The notes: generated by a model from the letters alone, not told the origin. A DNA stretch of 39,999 nucleotides from a virus (IMGVR_UViG_3300011338_000870:1-39999); one strand, 5' to 3'; positions 10,297-20,609 are shown, counted from the first letter of the stretch. Made by a program: numbers and translations.

Positions 10297-12444
10297 ATGG
10301 CCATAGCTCTACAAACTATTCCTTATTTCGATAATTCTGGAGGGCTAAACACAAAATATAGCCCTACTAAAGTTCCAGAAGACGAAGCATCGCTTTCTTT
10401 GAATATTGATTATTCAGTAGATGGGGCATTTCTTACTCGTAACGGTACAAACATTTTAAATATTGCCGGGGCTCCTCCTATCCCCACCCAGATGGATCAG
10501 CTAAAAACTTTGCTCATGTTTGATTATAAAAAATCAGACGGCACAAGTTTACAAATTGAGACTGTAGGAACAACAATAAAGAGTGGATTAGTTACTCCTG
10601 TAAGCCTTGTTACAGGACTTTCTGCGCTTCTTCCATACCCTGACATGGAAAGCTTCACCACTAACGATGATGAGTATCTTGTTTGGGGCAATGGTGTTGA
10701 TGAGAATTTAAAGTTTGATGGAACTATTTGGACGAATCTTTCTTTACCAAGACCCACTCCTCCAACTTTTGCTGCAAATGGTGTTGGCGTATTGCCTAGC
10801 GGTACTTATAATTATTATGTAAGTTTTGTTCGAACGGTGGGTGGAATAATTGTTCAAGAAAGTGAACTTAGTTTAGTTGCCTCACATACAATCGTAGGCC
10901 CTGTATCTATTAATTTAGTAGTGCCTGTATGTACAGAGACTTTGCTACCTGGTGTAACCGCTCAATGTAACGGTAGGGTTATTTATCGAGAAAATATTAC
11001 AACTGGAGACATTGTTCGATTAACAGCTGGAGTAACCATTGCTGATAACGTAACTACAGCTTACAATGATAATATTTTAGATGCAAATTTAGCCAATAAT
11101 ATATTTGCAGATTTTAATTATCAAGCAGCGCCTAAAAGTAAAGTATTTGAAGCTTCTGGTTTTAGAATGATTTATGTGGACGCTGCTAGCCAAACGGATG
11201 TTTACGCAAGCCAAGCCAATAAGCCTTGGAATGTTATTATTAGTAGTCTTGAATTATTTGATGGGCCTGTAAAATGTTTAAAGCGAGTTTTTAATGCCCT
11301 TATGATTGGGACAGACCGATCTATTTGGGTAAACAATGGGGATTTTGCAACAGTAGAATCTAGACGCGTTTCTTCTGCTATTGGAATTTTAAACAATCGT
11401 TGTGCGGTAGAGCAAGACAATGGTGTTTTAGCAATTTTATCCACCAACAAAAAATATTTTACTCTTACAGCCACAGATTTTTCTCAAAACGAAATTAGAT
11501 TTACAGATCCTCTTTCCTTAAAGATTGACCCAATTTTTCAAACCATTAATAGCTCAGATCCTGAAGTACCTTGCATGGAGTCCTATACTGCCCCGAGCAT
11601 AAATAAAGTTATTATTTCAGTACCCATAGGTGGGACTACAAATAATACTTTAATCATTTATAATGATGCTCAAGCCATTTTAAAAGGTAAACCTTGCTGG
11701 CAAATTTGGGATAATATAAAGGCTTCGGCTTTAAGACAAATGACCATTAGTAGCCAGATCAGTTTATATTCTGGTGATTATAATGGGTTTCTTTGGAATC
11801 TAGATAACTCTACCATAAACGGTGATGGCGCAGAAGAAAATGGAACAGCCACAAGCGGAAGTACTACTACAATTGTAGATACAACTCGTGTTGGCCCAAC
11901 AGCTTGGATTGCAAACTCCTTTGTAGGAATGGTTGTTCGAGGAATTGGTGGGACTGGAATTGATCAAGCTTCTACTATTATTTCGAACACAACTAATACC
12001 TTAACATTTTCAGCAGTGCCTGTGGCTTTTGATGCAACTTCTCAATACACCATTGGGGGCTATGATGTTCATCATTACTCAAATTGGAAAGCCGTAGTTT
12101 CTGGATATGATTTTTTAAAACAGCTCTGGTTTATTTGGGTAAATGCAAATGCTTCTGGTGATTATCCTGTTCAGCTTATTCTTCAGTTAGATTTTGATCA
12201 AACCACTTCAAACCAAATTAATATTGATTTAAACTTAGCTGCTTTAAATGCAATTTGGGGCGGCTTTTTATGGGGTGCTGCAATTTGGGGTGCGTTTAGT
12301 GTTTTTCAAGATAGAGTCCGACAATTTTCAAGATTCAGGGCAATAAGACTTGGATTTGCGACAAGAGAAGCTGGCAGATTTTTTCAAATTAACGGATTTT
12401 CTTTATCAGTTCAAAATAAGAATTTATTTTTTAGGAGTACTTAA
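10297..12444 (+). CDS. Tail nozzle / tubular protein B (P22 gp10/T7 gp12-like)
   Basis: 715 aa beta-rich; N-terminal GGLN...NIDY..DGA..TRNG pattern; C-terminal WG..WG..W motif; precedes ejection proteins. Confidence 0.7.
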   Translation: MAIALQTIPYFDNSGGLNTKYSPTKVPEDEASLSLNIDYSVDGAFLTRNGTNILNIAGAPPIPTQMDQLKTLLMFDYKKSDGTSLQIETVGTTIKSGLVTPVSLVTGLSALLPYPDMESFTTNDDEYLVWGNGVDENLKFDGTIWTNLSLPRPTPPTFAANGVGVLPSGTYNYYVSFVRTVGGIIVQESELSLVASHTIVGPVSINLVVPVCTETLLPGVTAQCNGRVIYRENITTGDIVRLTAGVTIADNVTTAYNDNILDANLANNIFADFNYQAAPKSKVFEASGFRMIYVDAASQTDVYASQANKPWNVIISSLELFDGPVKCLKRVFNALMIGTDRSIWVNNGDFATVESRRVSSAIGILNNRCAVEQDNGVLAILSTNKKYFTLTATDFSQNEIRFTDPLSLKIDPIFQTINSSDPEVPCMESYTAPSINKVIISVPIGGTTNNTLIIYNDAQAILKGKPCWQIWDNIKASALRQMTISSQISLYSGDYNGFLWNLDNSTINGDGAEENGTATSGSTTTIVDTTRVGPTAWIANSFVGMVVRGIGGTGIDQASTIISNTTNTLTFSAVPVAFDATSQYTIGGYDVHHYSNWKAVVSGYDFLKQLWFIWVNANASGDYPVQLILQLDFDQTTSNQINIDLNLAALNAIWGGFLWGAAIWGAFSVFQDRVRQFSRFRAIRLGFATREAGRFFQINGFSLSVQNKNLFFRST

Positions 12445-12737
12445 TGGCTTACAGAATGGGTTTTTGTCCACAATGTGGCACTCAAATTATGACGCAGGAT
12501 ACAGCAAGGCAATGGCATATAAAGCCTAACTTGTATCGTCAGCTTGATCTTGTTTTTGGGCCTAATACTTTAGTTAATAAAGTACGAACTATGATTTGCT
12601 CAACATGTATTGAAGCCCCCGATTTAACTATTTTAATGGATTCAATTTTAAACAAAGATTCTCAAGCGACAAATGCTGATGCAAAATATATTATTGAAAA
12701 TAGTGGCATACCTATAAGCACTGAAAGGGTGGGATAA
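12444..12737 (+). CDS. Small zinc-ribbon protein
   Basis: CPQCG...CSTC; AGGAG RBS; TAATG coupling. Confidence 0.65.
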   Translation: MAYRMGFCPQCGTQIMTQDTARQWHIKPNLYRQLDLVFGPNTLVNKVRTMICSTCIEAPDLTILMDSILNKDSQATNADAKYIIENSGIPISTERVG

Positions 12738-13622
12738 ATGGCAGTTTTAGCTATTATATTACTCAATGGAACAACCGCCGACGCCAATCAAGTAATGAGT
12801 GATTTCTATCCGCTCTATCAAGACATGGCTCCTGTTAACGTTGCTGCTGGAAATAAAACTGGAACAGGTAGGTTTGTTTTAGATACAGGGCCAACTATTA
12901 CTAATCCTATTTTAGTAGGACCAACTTTTTCTGGGAGTGTTCCACAGCTTACTCCGATTGGTTCTATTATTCCTTTTTATGATTTTAACGCCTTGGTGAC
13001 TTTTAATACTACTTATTGGAAATATTGTAATGGGACGGCAATCGTAAACGCCTCATCACCTTTAAACGGTCAAACTGCTCCGGATTTATCAGGAAGAGCT
13101 TTGGTAGGTTTCGGAACAGATGGTGGTGGGGATATCGGGACGGCCGCGTGGGCAACTGCTGCGGTGGGTAACGCTGGGAATACAATCAATTTAGCTCATG
13201 CTCATACGGTAGCTGGTCATACCCATAGTATTTCAGGCCTTACTTATTCAGGTACTACAGCAGGTGCCACGACAGGCACTGGAACTTCTGGCGGATTTAC
13301 CCTAACAATCGCTGAAATGCCATCACATACCCATGATGTTTTATGTTACACGGCCCCCGGAGCAACTCCTGCACAAGTGACAGGCGAATTAATTAGCAAT
13401 TCTGCTTCATTTAGTGCAACGGGCGCAGCACTGGCAACCGGTGGCGGAGGGTCACATTCTCATAGTGTCCCTTCTTTATCAGTCCCAGGGCTTACATATT
13501 CTGGGACTACAGCTGGAGCAACTAGTGGATCAACAAGCCCTGCAACAGATAGTCAACTTTCAGCAACGCAATCAATCCAGCCAATTTCAATTCGCGTGCG
13601 ATTCATAATGAGGGTATTATAA
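12738..13622 (+). CDS. Tail fibre with collar-like domain and HxH needle
   Basis: PIGSIIPF...W..CNG...PDLSGR collar motif; LTIAEMPSHTH; several HxH motifs. Confidence 0.8.
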   Translation: MAVLAIILLNGTTADANQVMSDFYPLYQDMAPVNVAAGNKTGTGRFVLDTGPTITNPILVGPTFSGSVPQLTPIGSIIPFYDFNALVTFNTTYWKYCNGTAIVNASSPLNGQTAPDLSGRALVGFGTDGGGDIGTAAWATAAVGNAGNTINLAHAHTVAGHTHSISGLTYSGTTAGATTGTGTSGGFTLTIAEMPSHTHDVLCYTAPGATPAQVTGELISNSASFSATGAALATGGGGSHSHSVPSLSVPGLTYSGTTAGATSGSTSPATDSQLSATQSIQPISIRVRFIMRVL

Positions 13623-13873
13623 TGAGTGGAGTATTACCTTTTATTCCTAAAGAAAATTCAGACATTCCTGATTATTATGGGATGAAAATTCTATATGTGA
13701 ATGGGAAGATTGAAGAAATAGATGGCTCGCATACAATAATTAAAGATACTTCTACAGTTGAGATTCTAAGCAAGGATGATGTTTTTAGCTTTGTGCCTAT
13801 TAGCAGTATTCAAAGAATTGAATTTGATAAAAGATTTTCAACGATTGTTTCTTTGAGGAATAAAAATAAATGA
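13622..13873 (+). CDS. Hypothetical protein
   Basis: Translationally coupled ORF. Confidence 0.65.
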   Translation: MSGVLPFIPKENSDIPDYYGMKILYVNGKIEEIDGSHTIIKDTSTVEILSKDDVFSFVPISSIQRIEFDKRFSTIVSLRNKNK

Positions 13874-14337
13874 ATTATTCCGACATAAAACTAGAATGGT
13901 TTGGCGGTAATATAGATGCTTTAGAAATGTGTAAAGCATTAAAGGTTCTACTTCATACTTGGGATGATATTATTGATAAAGATAAGCCTGTAAGTGATGA
14001 GCTTATTAATAATGCTTTTTTAATTTGTTTAGTTCACCTTCAAATCAATCCTTTTTATATTCGCATTCAGCCTGCTATAATTCCCATGTGGATTACTATT
14101 GTTTCTAGCTATGAAACAGCAAATAAATTTGAAAAAGACAAAGATCCAAAAGGTTTAGAAATATCTCACATGCTTCGTTATGCAGCCGGAGAGATTGTTG
14201 CTTATGCGATTTATGTTTGTGTGGGAGCGGAAAGAGCTAGAGAAATATTACCTGATTTTTGGAAAGCTTTTGCATCAGAAAGTTATGAAGATTACCGACA
14301 AGAGCATTTAGGAGATAAAAATGATTCAATCAATTAA
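13870..14337 (+). CDS. All-helical DDxxD protein (isoprenoid-synthase-like motif)
   Basis: HTWDDIIDKD motif in a helical 155-aa protein; function is inference. Confidence 0.55.
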   Translation: MNYSDIKLEWFGGNIDALEMCKALKVLLHTWDDIIDKDKPVSDELINNAFLICLVHLQINPFYIRIQPAIIPMWITIVSSYETANKFEKDKDPKGLEISHMLRYAAGEIVAYAIYVCVGAERAREILPDFWKAFASESYEDYRQEHLGDKNDSIN

Positions 14338-15547
14338 ACTTGGTTTAGATGGTGGCGGTGGTGGCGGTGGTGGCTATGTTTCGCCTAATATAGACAGGTT
14401 TGAACAGGGTGTTGCTAATGGTGCTTTTAATAGAGCTGGCGCTAACCCTGCTACAGCACAATATAACTATAATCCTAATCAAAGCTATGGTGATCCTAAC
14501 ACCCAAATGACTTATCATAGCCCGGGCGGTGATGGATCTCCTGGCGGTTATGCTTCCGGGCAGCAACATTATTTAGAACCTTTAGCCGGAGAAGGTTCTT
14601 GGGGCAGAAATGCTTCAGGAACTAGAAATGGTGTCGTGGCCAGAAGTGGCGTTAATCAATCCACAAACCAGCCTCTGGATACGAATAAAGCAAATTATGG
14701 AATGCCTCCTATGCGTGGAGGTTCTACTAGTAGCAGCACTGCAAAGACAGGTGGTCAACAAGATGACCCTTATGCTAAATATGATTTTAGCAATGTTGGA
14801 ACGCCTTTAACAGGCCCCAACGCTGTAGGCTATGCTGCTCAAGGATATGATTTTTCTCCTATCAATCAAGCAATTGAAGGCTACAGAACTCCTGCGCAAT
14901 TAACTCAAACTTATAGTGGTTCTACTTATAACCCTTACCAGTATAATTTTGATAACTTACCTTCAGAATATACAAACACAGCTTATCAATCGGGTGCGTC
15001 AGATATTAATCGCGCCGGTTCAAATAGTTTAGCTCAATTACAAGAAAGTCTGGGAACTAGAAAACCCGGATTACTAGCGAATGCTGCAGAAAACTCTCAG
15101 CGTAATACTAATAAAAACTTATTAGGATTAAATACCAATCTTCGCTTGAACGAAATCAATCAAAATCTTGCAACTCAACAAGCACAACAAAAAGCACAAG
15201 CTGGTGAGAATTTAGGCGCTGCTAACTTTAATGCTGGAGAAGGTTATAAAGGCTATGAGTCTAGAGCAAATCTAGAAAAAGCAAATGCTGATAATATCTT
15301 TAGAAACTTAGGGGCTTTGGCTTCAACAGGACAGCAAAGAATTGGTACTGAAGCTGGGCTAGTTAAAGATCAGCAAGCGACTCAAGATCAGGCTCTTCAA
15401 TATTTAATGAATTTGTATCAAGCTGCTACTGGACAAGCAAATCAATCTGCCGCTCTTGATAACCAAGCAAGACAAGCCTCTGCTGCTCAAATTGGCGGCC
15501 TTGGCTCTTTAGCTGCTGGGGTTGGTGGGTTGGCAGCATTTCTTTAA
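14321..15547 (+). CDS. Ejection (internal virion/pilot) protein
   Basis: G/Q/N/A-rich, hydrophobic glycine-zipper C-terminus; synteny. Confidence 0.7.
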   Translation: MIQSIKLGLDGGGGGGGGYVSPNIDRFEQGVANGAFNRAGANPATAQYNYNPNQSYGDPNTQMTYHSPGGDGSPGGYASGQQHYLEPLAGEGSWGRNASGTRNGVVARSGVNQSTNQPLDTNKANYGMPPMRGGSTSSSTAKTGGQQDDPYAKYDFSNVGTPLTGPNAVGYAAQGYDFSPINQAIEGYRTPAQLTQTYSGSTYNPYQYNFDNLPSEYTNTAYQSGASDINRAGSNSLAQLQESLGTRKPGLLANAAENSQRNTNKNLLGLNTNLRLNEINQNLATQQAQQKAQAGENLGAANFNAGEGYKGYESRANLEKANADNIFRNLGALASTGQQRIGTEAGLVKDQQATQDQALQYLMNLYQAATGQANQSAALDNQARQASAAQIGGLGSLAAGVGGLAAFL

Positions 15548-15558
15548 AAGGTGGAAAT

Positions 15559-16398
15559 ATGGATTACAATTTAACACAAGAAGAAAATCCTCTTAAAAAG
15601 CTAAATCTATTATTTGGGAATTTAAATCCTCAATTAGATCCAAGCAATTTACCAAATCCACAGGCTCAAAGTTTGCCTACGCCTCCTAGCTCGAACATCG
15701 TTGGAGATTTAACAGCGCCTCCTTCTCCAATTGCAGCTCAGGCTCCACAGTTCACAGATAAGTCTGCACCAAATGGATTTGCTTCTGCTTTAACAGATCA
15801 AACTCCTGTAAAGAAGCCGGGTTTATTTGATAATTTCTTTGGCAATAAACAAGAAGCCGCTCAAACTGATGAATATGGACTTCAAAAGCCTGCTCAAAAT
15901 AAATTAAGCATGTTTGCTAAAATATTAGGAGTGGCTTTGCCTACTATTTATGGTGCTACTAAGGGCATGCCTTTATATGGAGCTTTGTCAGGAATAAATT
16001 CATTAGGAAAAACAGAAGAGAATCAAAATAAAATGTTTAATGATTCTTATCTGAAAAATAGAACTCTTGCTCAAACAGCTTTAAATCAAAAAGAAAGCCA
16101 TGCTCAAACAGCCGCGGCTCAAGCTTTAACAAAGTCAGCGCAAGATATTACCAAAGAGCATTATGCTAATCAAGATAAGTTGGGGCAGTCTAATTTAGGT
16201 CTTAATAAAGAAAAAGTTAATATTGAAAGAACAAAAGCTAATAGTCCAACTAAAGGCCTTAGAGAAAATAAAGACGAAAAATATATTAACCTTATGAATA
16301 GGGTTGGATCTTCTGGTGTTAATTCTCTTACTCCGGGAGAGCGTGATTGGTTAAGTACTGAATTTGATCGTAGAAAAAAGGTGGCTGGCGAGCAATAA
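15559..16398 (+). CDS. Ejection (internal virion) protein
   Basis: Central hydrophobic glycine-rich segment plus coiled coil; synteny. Confidence 0.65.
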   Translation: MDYNLTQEENPLKKLNLLFGNLNPQLDPSNLPNPQAQSLPTPPSSNIVGDLTAPPSPIAAQAPQFTDKSAPNGFASALTDQTPVKKPGLFDNFFGNKQEAAQTDEYGLQKPAQNKLSMFAKILGVALPTIYGATKGMPLYGALSGINSLGKTEENQNKMFNDSYLKNRTLAQTALNQKESHAQTAAAQALTKSAQDITKEHYANQDKLGQSNLGLNKEKVNIERTKANSPTKGLRENKDEKYINLMNRVGSSGVNSLTPGERDWLSTEFDRRKKVAGEQ

Positions 16399-16399
16399 T

Positions 16400-18907
16400 A
16401 TGGCAGCATATGAACGGACTCAATTAGATGATGAAATAGAAAAGGCGGCTGGATATAATCCGGCTAAGCCAAAAGTTGCTGCGCCTGTAGATGATTATTC
16501 AGGATCTACAAGAGTAGACCGCCACAACAATCCAATTGCTGTAATGGCAGCGCCTTCTTTTCAAAGTATATTAGATAAAAATGGAATCAATTACGAGGCT
16601 GGTGACGCGTTCCCTGACAATGAAGGTGGCTCTAAATATAGAACTCTTAAATTCTCTAATCCTCAAAGTGGAAATGCTGCGGCTAAGGCAATTTTAAGTA
16701 ATTCTCCATCTGCATTTAATTGGTATTTAGGAAGCACTGGTAAAAAAGCTGCTGAAACATTTCCTAGCGTAAGAACTCCTGAAGATTTTGCCGCATTAGA
16801 CGAAACCTCTAAAAATAATTTTATAGATTCTATTGCTCAGGCAGAGGGAACAACAGGTAAAGTTTTATCTAAAAATTTAAATCCAATTTCTTATAAATAT
16901 GAAAAAACGCCTTTAGATGAACAAATTGAAAAAGCGGCAGGATATCAAAGTACTGCAATAGATCCTATGCAAGGAACTACGGCGCCTAACTATAGAAAGC
17001 TCATTCAAAAAGGATTTATAAACGCAGCCCCACGGGCTGAGCAACTTTTAGGAATAGATAAAGAGCCTGAAGGTTTATTAAAAAATATCAATAAAGGTAT
17101 TATTGGCGCTGCAGTTGGGTTTCCTTCTCAGGTGGCAGCTTCTGCTTTAGGAATTCCTGAAGAGGTTAAATATGCCGCTACAAATCCAATAGATTATTTA
17201 AAAGAAGCAGGTGGGCAAACGGCGGACATGATAGCTCAGCCTTTTGACCCCCGCAATTATACATTAGATAAAATTTATCAAGATCCTATTGCTGCAATAA
17301 TGAACGCGGCAACCGCTTTTGGTGTTGGCCATGCAGCTTTAAAAAAGCCTACACCTTTAACTTTTCCAAAAGAAAATTTAATTGAAAAACCTGCTGAAGT
17401 TACGCCTTCGGGATGGGAACCCCCTCCAGAAGCACCCGCGCCTTGGCCTGCTCAAAAAATTATTAAGGCTTCACCTGAAGAACAAACAAAGATTGCATTA
17501 GAACAAAAAATTAAAGATTGGGCTGCACAAAAAGAAGCTGCACAAGCTCCTCAGAAGATTATTAAAGGAGATTTAAATGGTGCTATCCCCGGGCAAATTG
17601 AAAAAGTAAATACTGAAATGAGTCGGCTTCCAGAACCTACTGAGATAACTCCGATAGATGAAGGTTTCAAACCTACCTATCCTGATAGAAGCGAATTTAC
17701 TCCGTTTAAAAAATTAGACAAAAACACTCAAATCTCTCTTCAAGGATTAAGAGACGAAATAAATAGTTCTACAAATGATGGTTTGGGAAATGGTCGTGGA
17801 GGTGGTTCAGATTTTCCAATACAAGGACTTGGTTCAAAGATAAATCAACTAAAAGCTTTAGACGCTTATATTGAAGGAAGAACAAGAAAGCTCGGCACTG
17901 CTCAGCTAGATAAAATTAAAGAATATTTAAAGCATGTCGATAATAAAACTGAATCAATTTACGGTGAAAAAGCTTATTATCCTCAACCTCCTTTAGATTA
18001 TTTAACCCCTGTTCCTGTAGATGCTGTTCCTGCAAAGGCTCCTGCTCCACTCCCTGAAGTTGAAGTTGCAGAAGCACCTAAACTAAGTTTAAAAAAGATT
18101 AAGAAAGTTATTGAACAAGGAGTGCAAAATGCCACTGAAAAAGGGATCGTCCCAGAAAACAATATCCCAAAATATCAAGGAATTCCACAAGGGGCCAACA
18201 TACCAAAAAACATTGCAGAAATTCGGCAAGACAACGGCGGACAGACAGGCTATCGCCGCCTCGGAGTTCAGCGCGCATCAGTCGAGCAAGAAGCGCCAGT
18301 TCAAAGGTCTCTTCGGAAGATAGTTCCAGAGATTAATATTCCTCCTTTAGAAGATCCTGTAAGGCCTCAGCTTAATATTAAAGCGAGTGGTGTAGCTCAA
18401 TCCATAGCTGAGAGAGCGGCGGAACGCGGGCACGCTCCTATTGAAGATTTAGCCAAGTTTGAAAGCAAGACTTTTAAAGATCAGGATGCCAGAGTTAGCA
18501 ATTTAATATCTTCAAATCCTGAAATGGCTAGAAAGATTGTAAGAGGGGAAGCTTCTTTACCAGAAGGTTTGAGCAGCTCTAGATTTTTAAAAGCAGCGGA
18601 AGAACATTTTAAAAATGACCCTCAGGCTACTATAGATTTATCTAAGTCTAAATTAGCGACTGACGCTAGTGTTCACGGGCAAGAGCTTGGTTTTATGCGC
18701 GGGGTTGATCCTACTTCTGCTGTTAGTGCTGTAAAAAAGTTAAGAGAAGATATTCGGGCCACTGCTGAAAAAAGGCTTGGAAATGTTGATGCTGCGGAAG
18801 CTTTAGAAAGCCATAAAATTGAACAGCATGTAAATAAATTTGTTGAAAAAGAATTATCAAACACAGCTCAATGGAAATCTTTTATTGATAGTATTATTTG
18901 TAAATAA
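16400..18907 (+). CDS. Large ejection protein with N-terminal lysozyme-like (RHNNP) domain
   Basis: Start more likely ATG 16400 just after the previous stop; RHNNP...IAQAEG motifs resemble RNNNP-type virion muramidase-like domains. Confidence 0.65.
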   Translation: MAAYERTQLDDEIEKAAGYNPAKPKVAAPVDDYSGSTRVDRHNNPIAVMAAPSFQSILDKNGINYEAGDAFPDNEGGSKYRTLKFSNPQSGNAAAKAILSNSPSAFNWYLGSTGKKAAETFPSVRTPEDFAALDETSKNNFIDSIAQAEGTTGKVLSKNLNPISYKYEKTPLDEQIEKAAGYQSTAIDPMQGTTAPNYRKLIQKGFINAAPRAEQLLGIDKEPEGLLKNINKGIIGAAVGFPSQVAASALGIPEEVKYAATNPIDYLKEAGGQTADMIAQPFDPRNYTLDKIYQDPIAAIMNAATAFGVGHAALKKPTPLTFPKENLIEKPAEVTPSGWEPPPEAPAPWPAQKIIKASPEEQTKIALEQKIKDWAAQKEAAQAPQKIIKGDLNGAIPGQIEKVNTEMSRLPEPTEITPIDEGFKPTYPDRSEFTPFKKLDKNTQISLQGLRDEINSSTNDGLGNGRGGGSDFPIQGLGSKINQLKALDAYIEGRTRKLGTAQLDKIKEYLKHVDNKTESIYGEKAYYPQPPLDYLTPVPVDAVPAKAPAPLPEVEVAEAPKLSLKKIKKVIEQGVQNATEKGIVPENNIPKYQGIPQGANIPKNIAEIRQDNGGQTGYRRLGVQRASVEQEAPVQRSLRKIVPEINIPPLEDPVRPQLNIKASGVAQSIAERAAERGHAPIEDLAKFESKTFKDQDARVSNLISSNPEMARKIVRGEASLPEGLSSSRFLKAAEEHFKNDPQATIDLSKSKLATDASVHGQELGFMRGVDPTSAVSAVKKLREDIRATAEKRLGNVDAAEALESHKIEQHVNKFVEKELSNTAQWKSFIDSIICK
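18129..18323 (+). CDS. Nested out-of-frame small basic protein (MPLKKG family)
   Basis: AAGGAG RBS at 18117-18122, ATG 18129; MPLKKGSSQKTISQNI...RQAIAA matches a small phage protein pattern I recognise; wholly inside 16400-18907. Confidence 0.7.
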   Translation: MPLKKGSSQKTISQNIKEFHKGPTYQKTLQKFGKTTADRQAIAASEFSAHQSSKKRQFKGLFGR

Positions 18908-18915
18908 GGAAACGC

Positions 18916-20607
18916 ATGGCCTTTTGTTTAATAAAACCAGTGGCAGAGCAATTTAAGAGAATGATTGAGAGTGGTGAGTTGCGTGCGAGTGATCTTATTA
19001 AGATGACTTCTGAGCAAAGGCATGCTGCTTTTGCTAAAGTTGTTGGTGCTGAAAATGCAAAGCCTGTAAATTCTTTATTTGAAAGTAGATTGCTTTTAAA
19101 AAATCAAAAAGCCGCTTTTTTAAATTGGGCAGATAAAATTGTAGGAAACGCCAAAGCTCGCCCTGATATTATTTCTAAAATCAATAAACTAGACCGAGTA
19201 TTAAACCCAGCTGAAAAATCAGCATTTTTAAAAGATTTAGCAGCTCAAAAATTAGGGACAGATGTTTCTTTCGAGCAGGTTAAAAAAATTTCTGAACTTG
19301 CTTCACAAGTAAGAGCTTTTAAAGAAAGTGCTTTAGCTGGAAAAGACCGAGTAAAGTATGGCGAGAAGTTAGTAGAGTTTCATGATTATATGAATTCTTT
19401 AAAAGAAAGCAGAAATAAAATTTCTTTAAAAGATATTAAAAACGCTCCTGTCCAGTCTTTGGGAAAAGGGATTTCTAATTTAGGCGGATTAGCAAAGTCT
19501 TTAAAAGCGTCTTTAGATAACAGCGTTATCGGAAGACAAGGCCTTAAAACTTTATTTTCTCATCCTTCTGTTTGGCTCAAAAATTCAATTAAAAGTTTTG
19601 AAGACATGGTGAGGGCGTTTGGAGGGAAGGAAGTAGTCAGCAAAGTAAAAGCAGAAGTCCTTTCTAGGCCAAATGCTTTAAATGGTTTGTATGAAAAAGA
19701 GAAGCTTGCTTTAGGAAATATAGAAGAAGCTTACCCTACTAGCTTGCCTGAAAAAATTCCAGTCTTAGGAAGAGCTTTTAAAGCTTCTGAGGCTGCTTTT
19801 AATGCTTTCCAGCTTAGAACAAGAGCAGATGTTTTTGATAAGTTAGTTCAAATTGCAGATAAAACCGGTGGTGATATTAAAGGCATTGGGCAACTTGCTA
19901 ATTCTTTAACTGGCCGGGGGAATATTGGCAAATTTGAACATGCAGCCACAACTTTAAACAATCTTTTTTTCTCTCCAAGATTCCTTAAAAGTAATATTGA
20001 TTTTTTAACTGCTCATCGTTTTGATTCTGATATGGGTTCTTTTGCAAAAAAAAGAGCTGCAATAAATTTAGCAAAAACAATTGGTGGAATTGCTAGTATT
20101 TTGGCAATTTCTAATGCTGTGGCTCCCGGCTCTGTTGAAGTTGATCCTCGAAGTTCTAACTTTGGTAAAATTAAAATAGGTGACACTCGGTTTGATGTTT
20201 CTGGGGGCATGAGTTCTATTTTAACTTTAGCGGCACGTTTATTTTCTATGTCTACCAAAAGTAGCCTCTCTGGAAAAGTTACACCTTTAAATAGTGGCGG
20301 TTTTGGCTCTAGAACTGGTGTTGATGTTGTTGAAGATTTTATTGAAGGGAAGTTGGCTCCTATTGCTGGAGTTTTAAGAGATTATTTAAAAGGTCATGAT
20401 ATGTCTGGCCAAAAACCTACTTTAGCATCTACAGCAAATAATTTGCTAACACCTCTTCCCATTACAAACTATAATGAACTTAAAGATCATAAAAATTCAG
20501 CCCCAATGTTGGCCGCAATGATTGCAGACGCATTGGGTATTGGTACAAACACTTATTCAAAAGACGATTATAAGAAGAAAAAAACACTTAACAAAATAAA
20601 GGATTAA
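18916..20607 (+). CDS. Large helical ejection/internal virion protein
   Basis: 563 aa, basic and helical; last large gene before lysis, where podoviruses keep the largest ejection protein. Confidence 0.6.
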   Translation: MAFCLIKPVAEQFKRMIESGELRASDLIKMTSEQRHAAFAKVVGAENAKPVNSLFESRLLLKNQKAAFLNWADKIVGNAKARPDIISKINKLDRVLNPAEKSAFLKDLAAQKLGTDVSFEQVKKISELASQVRAFKESALAGKDRVKYGEKLVEFHDYMNSLKESRNKISLKDIKNAPVQSLGKGISNLGGLAKSLKASLDNSVIGRQGLKTLFSHPSVWLKNSIKSFEDMVRAFGGKEVVSKVKAEVLSRPNALNGLYEKEKLALGNIEEAYPTSLPEKIPVLGRAFKASEAAFNAFQLRTRADVFDKLVQIADKTGGDIKGIGQLANSLTGRGNIGKFEHAATTLNNLFFSPRFLKSNIDFLTAHRFDSDMGSFAKKRAAINLAKTIGGIASILAISNAVAPGSVEVDPRSSNFGKIKIGDTRFDVSGGMSSILTLAARLFSMSTKSSLSGKVTPLNSGGFGSRTGVDVVEDFIEGKLAPIAGVLRDYLKGHDMSGQKPTLASTANNLLTPLPITNYNELKDHKNSAPMLAAMIADALGIGTNTYSKDDYKKKKTLNKIKD

Positions 20608-20609
20608 TT

